Of a stretch of 64,000 nucleotides of DNA, positions 62,469-64,000 are shown piece by piece. The translations under genes and the position numbers were made by a program. Origin of the DNA: Chiloscyllium plagiosum. Taxonomy: Eukaryota. Under the pieces are notes generated by a model. It was given only the letters and a program-made list of their open reading frames with translations. It ran no database searches and was not told the DNA's origin. The stretch spans positions 634,181-698,180 of the forward strand of contig NC_057750.1 of the NCBI RefSeq assembly GCF_004010195.1, given 5' to 3'. The stretch's first letter is position 1, and each line of letters opens with the position of its first letter.

Positions 62469-63004
62469 CTAACTTTTATCTTTTCAGCTTCACCTCTTGT
62501 TTTCAATCAGTGTATGTCTGCCGTGTGCATATTTCTTCTGTAGCCACGAATAAACCTGCTCTTATTGTTAATTGAAGAAAGCCTCGTTAAGTTGGCTCCT
62601 TTTAAAACATAACTTCATTTGAACCTGGAAGAAAGATGTACACAAGGGGAGGGCTCCTTTTAAGTTAATCTTATTGCAACCAACCGAGTGGATGAGTAAA
62701 TAACCAGGGGATGCAGTTTTTCCCTCCTCACTCGGGGACTCTACAGTATGAGCTATCCCATTTGTAGCTGTAGCTAATTGTGTGGGAGAGTGGGACTCAG
62801 GTACAGACTCAATGGGTGAAGGGCCCCTCCTGTGGTTCTATGATTTTATTAATTTGGGGAATATCACCCAGAGAATGGCTGTAACACAAGGAACAAAATA
62901 GGTTCAATTCTAGTGTGATTCCATAGCGGGAGAGCCATCACTGGTTCAATGCAACTGAGAATGAGAAGTGATTGAGGTCTTAAATTGACTAAGTACCCCC
63001 AGCA

Positions 63005-63225
63005 ATGAAGGTAAAGTCACCATAGTCTTCCCAGACCATAGGGATGCTCTCTCATTAGAGAGACAGAGAGAGAGAGAGATGACTGGTGGTGGTTTAACCT
63101 AAGGGTCATCACGCACCAGGTGAGGAGAGAGTTAGAGAAGGAGAGTCCTTCAGGATAACCTCAGCTGGTGCAGGAATCAAACCCACCCTGTTGGTATTAT
63201 TTTGCATTGAAACTGAACTAACTAA
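63005..63225 (-). mobile_element. SINE family C with (GA)n expansion
   Basis: aaggtaaagtcaccatagtc tail; body matches the 11362 copy. Confidence 0.82.
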
Positions 63226-64000
63226 TAACCAGTAACCAAGCAATTCGATATCACTGCAACAGATTACGTGATCATTATCAGTTTGTTTGTAGATCTTGTC
63301 ATGTGCAAACTCACTGCCACGTTTTCCACATTACACCTGCAGCTCGGAGACGTTGCAGAAACGAAAGGTTTCTCTCTTATTGCTGTAGCCTGCTGGCAGG
63401 GCACTGCAATCTGAGGGCGAAAAAAATAGGCTACAATAAGGGATACTGTGACACTGAAAGGCCTGCCCCTGCCTCTGCCTCTGAAACTGTTGCTGCTGTC
63501 CCACGGCCTGAGATGTGATATTCCACCTCCAGTCGAAGGAAAGATGGAGCAGGTACAATCCTGGCACAAGATGTGGGCCCCATCTACTCCCCATCCCATG
63601 GAACCTCCGAGAAATCTCATCCTGTCAGTACCTTGGACTGAATAAGGTTCTTTCAATTACCCCTGACATTTGGGCTTAGTCTCTCCTGCTTGTGTTACTG
63701 CAGCAGCAGCCACTGTCAATCTGATATGTAAACGCTCTGCTTTGAACCCAGGAAAACCAGTCAACCCATGTTGAATAAACTCACAGAGGGTGAAGCTAAA
63801 CCAGTAACAAAGCTCTTTAACCAAAGAATTAACACTTGCTGATACATTATCAAGTGATTTTGAGGGGAGTAAATCTCCTTTTAATTACAGAGATTTCTGG
63901 TCCGTGTCCCTTTACAGTTTCATTCTATGTAGAAGTAAGAATGGGTATGTTAAACACTTACAGTCACAGAGTCATCCAGCACAGAAACAGGCCCTTCAGT

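Overview
Eukaryotic, repeat-rich, non-coding-looking DNA. The repeat families (HE1/V-SINEs with their HER1/CR1 partner LINEs, DeuSINE remnants) point to a cartilaginous fish, probably a shark; this is an inference. I recognise no host protein-coding gene. Nearly all listed ORFs are retroelement remnants or tandem-repeat artefacts. Contents: an 18-bp minisatellite (1-1290); about 15 HE1 V-SINEs; two further tRNA-derived SINE families; many CR1 LINE fragments, one with an ORF1 SGNH esterase; Rex1/Babar fragments; and a pogo/Tigger-like MITE. The most striking signal is a set of more than a dozen short Penelope-derived insertions from several families, many carrying minimal hammerhead-ribozyme cores (CUGANGA-stemII-GAAA-NUH). 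They often form inverted hairpins and several are flanked by 14-16 bp target-site duplications. Unique sequence holds a CCAAT/AP-1/TATA promoter-like module with a candidate first exon (about 28.6 kb), a MEF2/E-box/M-CAT cluster (8.3-8.7 kb) and several isolated exon-like segments. Repeat boundaries were set by eye and are approximate.
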